From: Andalucia godoyi And28
Taxonomy: Eukaryota; Protista; Jakobida
Direction of reading: 5' to 3'
Assembly (NCBI GenBank): GCA_009859145.1
Contig: VRVR01000031.1
Span: 276,983-303,515 of the forward strand
DNA: 26,533 bases
Shown here in pieces: positions 1-9,116 of the stretch. The position numbers were made by a program, and so were the translations under genes. How positions within the stretch are numbered: position 1 is the first letter of the stretch; each line of letters starts with the position of its first letter. Below the pieces are notes generated by a model, which was not told where the DNA came from, made no database searches, and saw only the letters and a list, made by a program, of their open reading frames with translations.

Positions 1-133
1 TCGAGTGACAAGTCTGCCGGCCGAGCGAAAAACCAGTCAAAGGACCATCTCCACACATTCCACGTTGAAACATACCAAAAGAACTGCATAGCCATTCATC
101 TCCACTTCTTCTTATTATGCCATTCTCTCCAAC

Positions 134-1651
134 ATGCACACCGTTCATCGAATGTTCAAGGTTCTCCTTGTGTCACTTGTATTTTCAATCTTATGGAGAG
201 ATGTTCATGGGGAGGACTCGGAAGAATTCATCTTGCCGACGAAGCGTGAGAAGCTCACGGACGTCCAGATCCCGTTACGAAGTTCCCTTTCTGTACCCAT
301 TCCGTTTTTGTTACCGCCACCATTGTCGATGCAGCTGGACGAGGATTTCATGTCGCATTTCGACATGAGGGCCCTTTCAGCATCAAAGTGCGTTTCTTCA
401 GGCTGCTTTTACTGGAATGTGAAGACTGCAGAATTGCGCGGCAAAGTGGAATTGACATCGGCTCAATTTCCATGCCCCGTTACAGAGTACAACTACCGTT
501 TAAACCGGGAAGTAGGAACTCCGTTGAGTGTGTATCTCGTTCTTGCTGATGCAGACGAGATCGACAGTCGTTTGAGGACCATCTATTCCGATTCATTTGA
601 CTACTTTACTGCCGGTTTTCCTCGAGACCCTAATGTGATGGCTCCTCTCTTTATACACGTTGGGTCAATGTTGCCAACTAAGAGCGTATATTCATTCAAT
701 CAGACAGCGTGCGAGTTGTTGGTTCGAGAAGAGACGTCTATTGAGTTCCCATTCAAGTACCAACGGGAACAGTGGACCATTTCACGTGCGTTGGTCAACA
801 GTCGCCAGAGAGCTGGTGTCGTGATCGTGCTCGTCGATCCCATGAATAACATTGTGCGACACACTGCCGATAACCTTTTCAAGCTGACTGTGTTTCCTCA
901 TGTGACATTCCAGGCAATCACTTTCGAGTCATTGTTCCACAAATTGGATTCCGAGCATGACGAACATGACGCCGGTTCTCTTGGTGCATGGTGGTGGGTT
1001 CTTACTATCGCATCCGTGCTGGTGACCGTCTTCCTAACGTTTGCTCTCGCAGTACGATTCTACTTCCCCGTGCGCAAGTGGTATTTCTCTCATTTTTCCT
1101 TTCGCAACTCTGCAATTGTCCGATGCATCACGCCATTTCTGTTTAGCAGGTCTGTTCGCCTGCATCGCAATGATCCATCATCCGGGAACGAGAGTCCGGA
1201 GAATGAAGATGCTGTGTCGCTCCCCTCTTTCGCAATCGCCGAAGATTGGATTGATCGATTCGAGGAACGCTTCGGATCTCTGCCGCCCCGAGATCCTGTG
1301 CGCCTTGAAGTCTTGCAACGCCTGTCTGCTGTTGAAAATTCGTTCCATGAAAAGATCCGGGTGGAAGCCGCTGAATGTTCTGCCAAGTGGGAGTCACAAG
1401 TAAGCATCGTGACCGAAGAACGAACCTGGGCAGAAACCGTGGAAACTCTCGCTCACAAACGTGCCGAGCGCGAATCGGCGCTGCGCCAGCTGCAGGAAGA
1501 AGAAGCAAGACTCAGGAAGCAGGAGGAAGAAGAAGCACTGCTCTATTCTCGTATGGAGCAAGAATTGCGTTTGCGGTCCGGTTCGGCGGTGCACCAATCT
1601 GCAAGCAGTTCTGTGGGAACTCCACTCCCCAGCGGATCTTCTGCCGTGTAA
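134..1651 (+). CDS. Hypothetical type I membrane protein (signal peptide, ~260-aa extracellular/luminal domain, single TM, cytosolic coiled-coil tail)
   Basis: Intact 505-aa ORF ending TAA. Hydrophobic N-terminus (KVLLVSLVFSILW), one TM (WWWVLTIASVLVTVFLTFALAV) followed by basic residues, and an E/R/K-rich coiled coil (ERESALRQLQEEEARLRKQEEEE). Family not recognised. Confidence 0.75.
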   Translation: MHTVHRMFKVLLVSLVFSILWRDVHGEDSEEFILPTKREKLTDVQIPLRSSLSVPIPFLLPPPLSMQLDEDFMSHFDMRALSASKCVSSGCFYWNVKTAELRGKVELTSAQFPCPVTEYNYRLNREVGTPLSVYLVLADADEIDSRLRTIYSDSFDYFTAGFPRDPNVMAPLFIHVGSMLPTKSVYSFNQTACELLVREETSIEFPFKYQREQWTISRALVNSRQRAGVVIVLVDPMNNIVRHTADNLFKLTVFPHVTFQAITFESLFHKLDSEHDEHDAGSLGAWWWVLTIASVLVTVFLTFALAVRFYFPVRKWYFSHFSFRNSAIVRCITPFLFSRSVRLHRNDPSSGNESPENEDAVSLPSFAIAEDWIDRFEERFGSLPPRDPVRLEVLQRLSAVENSFHEKIRVEAAECSAKWESQVSIVTEERTWAETVETLAHKRAERESALRQLQEEEARLRKQEEEEALLYSRMEQELRLRSGSAVHQSASSSVGTPLPSGSSAV

Positions 1652-1930
1652 AATATGCCAGTTCTGCGAGTCAATGTTTCACAAAAGCCCCTGACGTTCT
1701 TGAAAGCCGTCGATCCCACAAGAAAATGACGCGCATGGGATGAACGAGGTTGTCGTGGTCAGCTGTCCCGGATAAAATACCAGTCTGTTCAGTTGCTGTC
1801 GCAGAACGTGACCCCCATTGCCCCTCACCCGTTGCCCGGTCATTTACGCACTACTCCATAAACCAGATCTACTCGAGAACATCACGAATGAAACCCGAGT
1901 GTAAGCTCGTCGAGTATTGACTGCTGTTTT

Positions 1931-3169
1931 TTATCGACGACCATCGTCCACCAGTCGATTAATCATCGCTGCGACGAAGCGAGTGGCGTATTCAACGGCG
2001 TTCTGGATGTTCGCATCTCTGTCGTGACCATTGCCGCTGTCGCTGAATCCCTTGACAGCCGGCAATAACATCGTACAATTGGCTTGTGTCTTTCCAATAT
2101 TGTCCTCTGCAACAACTGACCACAGATGCGCAATTTCCATGTCCAAGCATCTCGCTTGGTACTCTGTTAACAAGGCCGCAACCTGCGCCTCATTGTCCGT
2201 CGCGGCATTGCCGACCGTTGACAACACGCGCGTGGCCTGTAGACGATCATGCGCGTCTCCTGCACGTCCAACCAATCGTACTCGCTTAACTTTCTCATAC
2301 TGGCGCCAGGCGTCCGTGGCCGCTGCATGTGCTTGGACGAACAGGACTTCCGACGTATCCTCGACAATCGCCTCTGTAATCAGGTACACTGTCGCGACAA
2401 CACCCGCGTGTCTCGATGGCGTGTCTTCTGCCCGACCAGCACAGCATCCTACCGTCGTTACATGCGTCGGCTTAAATGTGCTGATAAGTTGGCGGTACTT
2501 GTCGACAGCAGGTTGTCCCATCGTGTACGCCGCAGCAAAGACGATTCTCGATCCATTGTGCGAATACTCAATGTATCGCATGGCATCGCCACTGCCAACC
2601 GTTCCTCGGTTCACCTTATTCCATCCAACATTGTCAGCGATAGCAGTTGCATATCTCCATTCATGGTCCTTTGCCACACCGACCAGAATCGTCTTGGTAG
2701 CCGGTGGATTCACACGCTCAAACGTGACCTCGCTGCGAGTAAATACACGGTTCGAGGAAGTGCTGGATGTTGATGATCCTGATGCTCCAGAGGTTCCGTG
2801 TGCTCCCGAAGTTGCAGCAGTGCTTCCGGAGCTTGCCGTATGAACGGGCATGTTCGAGGAGGGAAACAGAATGGCCCAGACATCTGCAAACACTGTCGGA
2901 TTCTTAGACAGAAATTCGTAGAAAAGGACCGCCGCCATTGGACGCATGGGACTGATGACGATCCTTTGCATCCACTGCTTCACAGCAGCGTCTGGATCGG
3001 ACATCTTCAGCACGGCATTCGACTGTCCAGGGTCAATGGTGTGCAAGTAGTGAACAGCTGCTACGAAGACAGCATCATAATGCTGCACAAAATACTTGAG
3101 GAACGCGGAGAGGTGCGCATTAAAGGCAGTTTCCAACTCTTTTTGCGTACAGGCCGAAGAAGAAGACAT
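1931..3169 (-). CDS. Purine nucleoside phosphorylase/MTA-SAH nucleosidase-fold (PNP_UDP_1) protein with an N-terminal helical death-fold-like domain
   Basis: Intact 412-aa ORF. Nucleosidase motifs in order: ILVGVAKDHE, TTVGCCAG, CLDME, VKGFSD. The N-terminal ~100-aa helical domain is joined to it by an S/T/G/A-rich linker (TASSGSTAATSGAHGTSGASGSSTSSTSS). Confidence 0.85.
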   Translation of the reverse strand: MSSSSACTQKELETAFNAHLSAFLKYFVQHYDAVFVAAVHYLHTIDPGQSNAVLKMSDPDAAVKQWMQRIVISPMRPMAAVLFYEFLSKNPTVFADVWAILFPSSNMPVHTASSGSTAATSGAHGTSGASGSSTSSTSSNRVFTRSEVTFERVNPPATKTILVGVAKDHEWRYATAIADNVGWNKVNRGTVGSGDAMRYIEYSHNGSRIVFAAAYTMGQPAVDKYRQLISTFKPTHVTTVGCCAGRAEDTPSRHAGVVATVYLITEAIVEDTSEVLFVQAHAAATDAWRQYEKVKRVRLVGRAGDAHDRLQATRVLSTVGNAATDNEAQVAALLTEYQARCLDMEIAHLWSVVAEDNIGKTQANCTMLLPAVKGFSDSGNGHDRDANIQNAVEYATRFVAAMINRLVDDGRR

Positions 3170-3567
3170 GGCGGGGCGCGATGCATAAAGTCACAAACGG
3201 TCGAGAATACTCGCCAAACAAAAAAACTGCGCAGCAGGAAAGACAAAAAAAGAAAAGAATCGGTGGTCCTCAAACGATTCGGGAACTTCAGTGAGTCGGG
3301 TGACCCATTGCCATTCCCGAATTTTCCGCTGGGCGGGCCGGACTTCGCGACTGGAGTTCGCGACCGGACTTTGGATGATGCCATTGATGGGGGGTCTGCT
3401 ACGACGACAGCTCAGCACCTCACCACCTCAGTCTGTCACAGCAAGCAGCTACATGCGTCATCCCGCCACGGTCCGCACTGAGAACATTTTGCATTTTGCT
3501 CACCTCATTGCTGATGCAATCTTTTCTTCCTGTTTCTTGTTTTTGCATGTAGTTGTGCAGAAAAAGA
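3170..3567. promoter_or_regulatory. Probable shared divergent promoter region between the nucleosidase and Roco genes
   Basis: ~400-nt spacer between head-to-head starts (ATG at 3169 on -, ATG at 3568 on +), containing an A-rich tract at ~3216-3258. Called from position only; no motif identified. Confidence 0.4.
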
Positions 3568-6500
3568 ATGTCGTATTTCCCAAAGTGGGGCACAGGTGCA
3601 GATCTGGTGTTCACTCCATGCGGCCCAGGTACGAACAGGCTGTGCGTGATATCAACTGAAAAGGATATCCTCGGTGACGCATTGGATTTCTTGCGACTGT
3701 GGAAGAACGAGATGCCGCATCGAGTTGTGCTCTTGGATATATATCGTCGTCGGGATCCTGACGTCTCGTTTGAAGAGATGCCATGGTTGGCAGAGACAGT
3801 CGGTGTTCATCTTATTGTGTCATTTTCTCCACTTTCGGCACCAGTTCGTGTCACTTTGGATAGTTCCGGAAATTTCGGAGTAGACAGAAATGGTGTTCCC
3901 CAATGGTTTTTGCGGTATTGCAAAGTGTATTGGATTTTGCGTTTTGCGCCGTCAGAGTGGGATGTCATGCTTTTGAGTCTAGGTTCTGAAGCATTTCTGT
4001 CTGACTTCTTCGCCGCACTGCTGAGCGAATTGGCACGATGCTCGAGACAAGGTCACACAGTATTTGCCATCAATGGGAGTCCTGGTGAGCTTCAAAAAAG
4101 TCAATGCTGTTATCAACTGAAGGTTTACTCTTCCGTAAGCTCTATTCGTTTCGGGTCGACTTCGAGCAACTAACCTCGACAAGGCATTTCTGTCTGGCGA
4201 CTGCGGATGAGACTGATTATTTCCAAAGGCAGCTGCTCCAGTTCGTTGATGGCCGCATCTCATCGGTTTTAAGAGAAGTTGCTCTTGGTCTATCATTAAC
4301 CCAACGTCGCATGCAGTCCATCCGCAGTTATTTATCCGGATCATTTGCGCGCTTTTCGATTGCTCGACAAATGGCGTCTGCCGAAGACGATGAAGCGGCA
4401 AATCGTATAAGAGATGTTGCATTGAGACTTTCTGATCGTTTCCCCCTCTTTGTTTCTCAAATCTCATTGGACCATGTGCTGTCCATGCCTCCTGATCCAT
4501 CGGCATCCTTTGGGCTTCATCTTGTCGTTGAGCAGGCAGTGGGCGAAGAGGATCACAATGTATGTGTGCGCTCGTTTGACTACATTGCTGACGGTTCTGC
4601 AGTTCTGCCGGACATCTCTGTCCCGCACCGCATTTCGTTGATCAACTCACTTTCTGACAATGATGTCCGTGCGCAACTTGCATGCTTGTGGCTCTCCAAG
4701 CTTCCTCCAAAATCGGATCTACCCAAAATTCCATCTAAGACGGCCATTTTTTCTTGGGATTTTGGCACGGTATCTGCAAAGCTGCCCCGTCGTCGAGTTT
4801 TGTTTGTTGGAGAAACACGCGCTGGAAAAACGTCAACCATTCAGCTGCTGCGCGGGGTTGGCAAGCAGCGGTTCTGCCGTACTGAAGAAGCAACAGACGG
4901 CGCAGAACGGCAAAGCACCGAAGTTGGGGGTGTTCACATGATGGAAATTGCAGTTGGTGTGGATGGTCGATCGTGGTCGGATGCTTCATCGGAACGTGGT
5001 GCTGCGGCTGGAGCAGTGTCGCTGCTCCTGCGGTCTGCTGCCAAGGCGCGCAGCTCCACAGTCTCTCCATCTCTCACGGTGCCATCATCATATCCACTCT
5101 CGGCGGTCAGGCCAGGGTCTGAGGACGCCATCATGCCCGATGCTGCGGAAGGCTCGGCTGAAGATTCACAGCTGGACAGAACAATCCGAGAGTTGGCCTC
5201 GCCCCTTGCGTCGAACGGCGGTATCGATGATACGCTTGCCGAGATTCGGAATGCAGCCTCGCACATCCAGGCCAGTTGCGTATCTGTATTTGATTTCGCA
5301 GGTCAAGATCTGTATCGCTGTCTCGATCCCTTGTTTTTCGCGCCGTCCAGCCTGTATGTTCTGGTGTTTGACTTGCTGAACCTGTGCGCCAAGGCGGGTG
5401 GCTCAGCTGGGGTCCTTGCGTCCGAGATCGATCGGTGCATCTTGTCATGGTTGCGGCGGATCTCAGGCATGCTCGCAAATGCGGGTTCACTGACATCGCA
5501 GCGTTCAGTCGTCATTCTTGTTGGCACACGGGGGAGCCAGTTCAAGACTCGTCCTTTTGCCCATCGTGTTGGCAATGCCATCAGGTACAGTATCTTCAAA
5601 TGCAGAGAGTCTTTTGCAAACTTGGAGGTGTATGTGGGAGTGGACAATCCTAGCAGAGCGCGCGGTGATCCAGATGTCCATCCTGATCGCCCGTTCTATG
5701 TCTTAGAGAATGATCCGCATCTCGATGGCGGCAGTGCGTATGACGACGATCGATTGACGTTCATGAAGAGCTTTTCCGCATTCATTTTACGACAATTTGG
5801 TGATCTTGTTTCTGCAAGCCGCCCAGTTCCACTCCGCTACCTTTTTTTGGAAGCGTTTGTGCTTCAGCGGCCGGAATGGAGTGCACGAAGCGTTCTATCC
5901 GAGCGAGAGATTCTATCATACGTTGTACCTGCTCTGAACCTTGGTTCCGAGGCCGACGCCCGCGATGCGCTGAGAGCCCTCATTGAATCAGGGTCGTTTT
6001 TTGGCTTTTGTTCTGGCAATGAGTTGAATCGATCCGAAGGGGTACCGGAAACGGCGGCCGTGATTGTCGTTCGGCCTATTGAATTTGTGAGGCGCTGTGC
6101 AGTATTGATCGGCCATCAGTTTCTGCGTTCGTCTGCCAACGGATTCCGGCAGTCGAATTCATCTCTTTACAATGCACTTTGGCAGCGAATCGGCGCGATA
6201 CGGGAAGACGAGGTGCATCGCATCCTCTGTGTGGATCCCATGTCCAATGGCGGCGGCTTGTGTGATGAAGAGAAGAATTGCTTGTTCTCCACGCTCTGCA
6301 TGATGGGCATCCTCATTCCGATCAGAGTCGTGCAAATGAACGCGACTGATCATCCTTCCTTCTTCTTGTCTACTCCTCGTCTTCACATCCTGAGGAGGAA
6401 CAATGTTGTGAGGGATTATCTTTCCGAAGCAGCTATTGATTCCACTCAGCTCAGATGCCGTTTATTGGCCATTCAAATTCAAACCCGACGTGGGTCAGAA

Positions 6501-7340
6501 GTACCGTCAGTTCCGACTGTCTCTCCTCACGTATTCTATCGACTTTGCAGTTTCTGCATGTTGCTGCTCAGCTGACAACCGAAATCCCCTGCATCGGAGA
6601 TGAAATAGACCCACTGGCGTCGGATTTTCCGATCGCAGAACGAGATATGGAGTTGGTCGACGATTTTGGTCACCATCGTGTTCGCATAGCGATCATGCCT
6701 GGTGGAGAGGCGGCCCGTTTTTCGCAGTCCGCTTGTGGAGTTGTGCGGAAGCTGCCCCGCTGCCCATTATCGATCTTTTCAAAAAGTTCGTGAGCATGGA
6801 CACTGGCATTCCTGCTGGTTCCATGGTCGTGCTTGGTCAGTCGGTGAAATTTGTACCTGAAAATCAACTTGGTTTCGTCGCTCATGGAAATGTCAGAATC
6901 GTTCCCATGGCTCATAAGTCTGTGTTCCTGCAGAGAATGGCGCAGTTTGATGAGTGCAACAAGTTTGAACCGAATGTTGCAGCGAGCTCTCGCTCTGATG
7001 CAGTGCCGAAAGAGTGGACCAGACAGCAATTGACTGATGCAGTGCAAAAGCATCTTGGTCCATTCTTGAAGTACTTTTTCGATCGTTTTGACCCACTGTG
7101 TTCATAGCTGTCGTCCATGCATTGAATTCTTTTGATTCTGGAACCGCCAACAATGTCTTGGCGATAGAGGATCGCAAGAACGCTGTGGAGGTGTGGACAA
7201 ATCGTATTCTGCTGAACGACATGTTTGTGAAGCCGCCGCCTTCAGAGTCTCCGGTTCAGGCATTATGTGCGTTCTTGCGTCGGTATCCGGAAATTTTGCG
7301 CGAAGTGGCAGATCTTCTAGAACTTCCTGCTTTTCAGTAG
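3568..7340 (+). CDS. Roco-family GTPase (unknown N-terminal region, Roc, COR, C-terminal death-fold-like domain), split by four frameshifts; functional gene or pseudogene unresolved
   Basis: Roc motifs: G1 VLFVGETRAGKTS, G3 VFDFAGQDLYRCLDPLFF followed by LYVLVFDL, G4-like VILVGTR. COR-like segments: RPVPLRYLFLE, ARDALRALIESG, VIVVRP, PHVFYRL. ORFs 3553-4173, 4104-6575, 6455-6793, 6733-7107 and 7098-7340 overlap and join into ~1,258 aa if one base is added at each junction. Confidence 0.8.
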
Positions 7341-7761
7341 CAGCGTTCGTAAGCCATCAGGATTGTTGCTCTTTCTTCCCTTCTCTGGTTTCTTCCAGTG
7401 AATAGGTATTCAACGAGGCAGAGGTTTCTGCGCAGACTTCATGTTTCTGGATGGGCTCGAACGCTGCGGATGTGGCGGAACAGCACCCAACCAGATACTT
7501 CTCGACCTCCAGTCAGAGTCATGAATAACGAGAGAAACGAATCCGGACTGCACAAGCTGTGGTGCTGCTCTCTTCCATTTCCTCACTTCGCAGAATTCGT
7601 GGATCTTCCTCCCCAAATCCATCGACAAATATTCATAATTCGCACAGACTCAGACGGTCATGAGAGTGATTTTCGTCGCCCAGTATGGCAACGTCTCCTA
7701 CCACTCTCTGCAAAACCGGGGTCTGCATGGACAAAACAAAGCAGAGGTCATGAAATAATCG

Positions 7762-8135
7762 TGTGCTGCCTGGCAGTACGTTCAGGGAAATTCGTGCTCT
7801 TCTTGTCCTGCGGGGTCTTATGGGTCCGCTTCAACAATGACTGCAGCTTATGCACCCCTGGATCGTACTCCTCGACGATCGATGCAACCGCAAGCAACAC
7901 GTGTACTCCGTGCTAGGCTGGAATGTTTTCTACAATTGCGGGAGCAAATGCATCCGGATTCTGCCTTCCGTGTCCTTCTGGAACGTTCTTCTCTGTTTCC
8001 GGCATAAACACATCCTCCGCGTGGCTGCCATGTCCGCTTGTATCGTACTCTCCCCATATCGGAGCAAACGGCTCCCAGTTGTGCGTCCCGTGTCCAACAG
8101 GAACATTTTCCACGGTTGCTGGCGCAGCAAATGTG
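7762..8135 (+). pseudogene. Degenerate fragment of a Cys-rich CxxG(S/T)(Y/F)S repeat protein (GCC2_GCC3/ephrin-receptor-like type)
   Basis: Reads CAAWQYVQGNSCSSCPAGSYGS, then after a frameshift near 7840 CSLCTPGSYSS...TCTPC*AGMFS...CLPCPSGTFFS...WLPCPLVSYS...CVPCPTGTFS. In-frame TAG at 7914-7916; no start, signal peptide or TM visible. Confidence 0.7.
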
Positions 8136-9023
8136 TTGGTACAAGGTCAAAAACGCATCATTGTTATCTCTCACTCCTGTTGGCACACCATCTACGCGCT
8201 CTCTGTTTTCTGGTCCATACTCCCAAGGGATATGGAGCCAAACATTGAAAAACAAGAACTGGGCGAGCTCTAAGGCGAGCGACAGTACTTTCAGCCGGAA
8301 TTCCCACCCTGCAAGATCGATGTTCACGGAAACGGCGTATCCGAGTGCGAGGGCAATGACGAATGCAATCGACAGTGACGTTCGGACTGCGGATTCCCGG
8401 TCGAATTCAAACACAGTCAGGTAGTCGCTGAACGCTCTGGTCGACACAATGACCATCCACATTGTCCACCAGACTTCAAAATCAACCCCAACTTTAAACA
8501 GGTGTTCGAAGCGCTCAAGAACCTTGCAGTCGAGTGCATGATGAACGACGAATGCGTACCACAATCTCAGCCAGTCCGCGTACACCTCGAATGGCGTCGG
8601 ATAGAACCAAAACACCACATACAAGGCTATGCAGAGACCCAAAAACCGAAGCACGTCTCGAAGACGAAGACCTCGGCCAGGTTGCTGCCGTGGTAATCTC
8701 CCCATCTTGGCCGAGCAAGCTCGTTCGTCGTTTCGTGGTGCAAATGGAAATGAATGCAGAAGACAGCAGCAAGAAGAGCGAGGAAACTGAAGGCCTTCGT
8801 CGCAGAATGTGGGACGGTCGATAGTGTAACGCCTGTTCCCAGGAAGTTCGCAGTTTGCTTGCATTGCTGTCACCCACGACGTTCCAGATTCGTCGCCTGA
8901 GCGAACCCTCCGTCGGGCCGTTTGCTTCGATGCAGGAGCTCGCACGACAAGCGGATCACAGACCTCCGGAAATGCCAGTGTGTGCACATTCTGCAAGTGG
9001 AGTGTGCGTTGACTGAAGTCCAC
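7848..9023 (-). CDS. Hypothetical multi-pass membrane protein; boundaries uncertain
   Basis: The central part has about four hydrophobic segments (VLRFLGLCIALYVVFWFY; VWWTMWMVIVST; SLSIAFVIALALGYAVSV; LSLALELAQFLFFNVWL). The ORF-track start is not ATG (first ATG at 8864). Below ~8135 the ORF is just the antisense of the Cys repeat. Confidence 0.4.
   Translation of the reverse strand: MDFSQRTLHLQNVHTLAFPEVCDPLVVRAPASKQTARRRVRSGDESGTSWVTAMQANCELPGNRRYTIDRPTFCDEGLQFPRSSCCCLLHSFPFAPRNDERACSAKMGRLPRQQPGRGLRLRDVLRFLGLCIALYVVFWFYPTPFEVYADWLRLWYAFVVHHALDCKVLERFEHLFKVGVDFEVWWTMWMVIVSTRAFSDYLTVFEFDRESAVRTSLSIAFVIALALGYAVSVNIDLAGWEFRLKVLSLALELAQFLFFNVWLHIPWEYGPENRERVDGVPTGVRDNNDAFLTLYQHICCASNRGKCSCWTRDAQLGAVCSDMGRVRYKRTWQPRGGCVYAGNREERSRRTRKAESGCICSRNCRKHSSLARSTRVACGCIDRRGVRSRGA
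7851..8135 (+). repeat. Degenerate 60-nt (20-codon) tandem coding repeat, ~4.7 units
   Basis: Units begin at 7851, 7911, 7971, 8031 and 8091. Each starts with a Cys codon; complete units 1, 2 and 4 have Cys at codon 18 (Trp in unit 3) and all four end in Pro. Confidence 0.75.
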
Positions 9024-9116
9024 TGTTAGCCCTCAAAGGCAATCTTTGGTCCAGCACTTTCTCAACAATCTGATCTTTTCTTACCGTCTATGTGCTTTTG
9101 AACCTTTATTTGGCAA

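Noticed and set aside
1808-3315. Similar short motifs GTGACCC(CC)ATTGCC on both sides of the nucleosidase gene (~1809 and ~3300)
   Set aside because: Too short and imperfect to support target-site duplication or element ends; no transposase nearby.
2031-3481. Plus-strand ORFs of 270, 174 and 227 aa over the nucleosidase
   Set aside because: Antisense shadows with no motifs.
4094-4100. A AAA AAG as a programmed -1 slippery heptamer
   Set aside because: The heptamer is phased to the downstream frame rather than the incoming one, and the other three shift sites have no such motif.
4135-4183. Intron-like GTAAGC...ACTAAC...AAG in the Roco 5' region
   Set aside because: Splicing this 49-nt segment does not restore the frame. 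A longer 4135-4232 intron would, but a single added A at 4094-4099 is simpler. Left open pending RNA data.
7851-8135. Periodic sequence considered as a CRISPR-like or non-coding array
   Set aside because: The period is exactly 20 codons with conservation at the amino-acid level (Cys, Gly, Pro), not identical nucleotide repeats with spacers.
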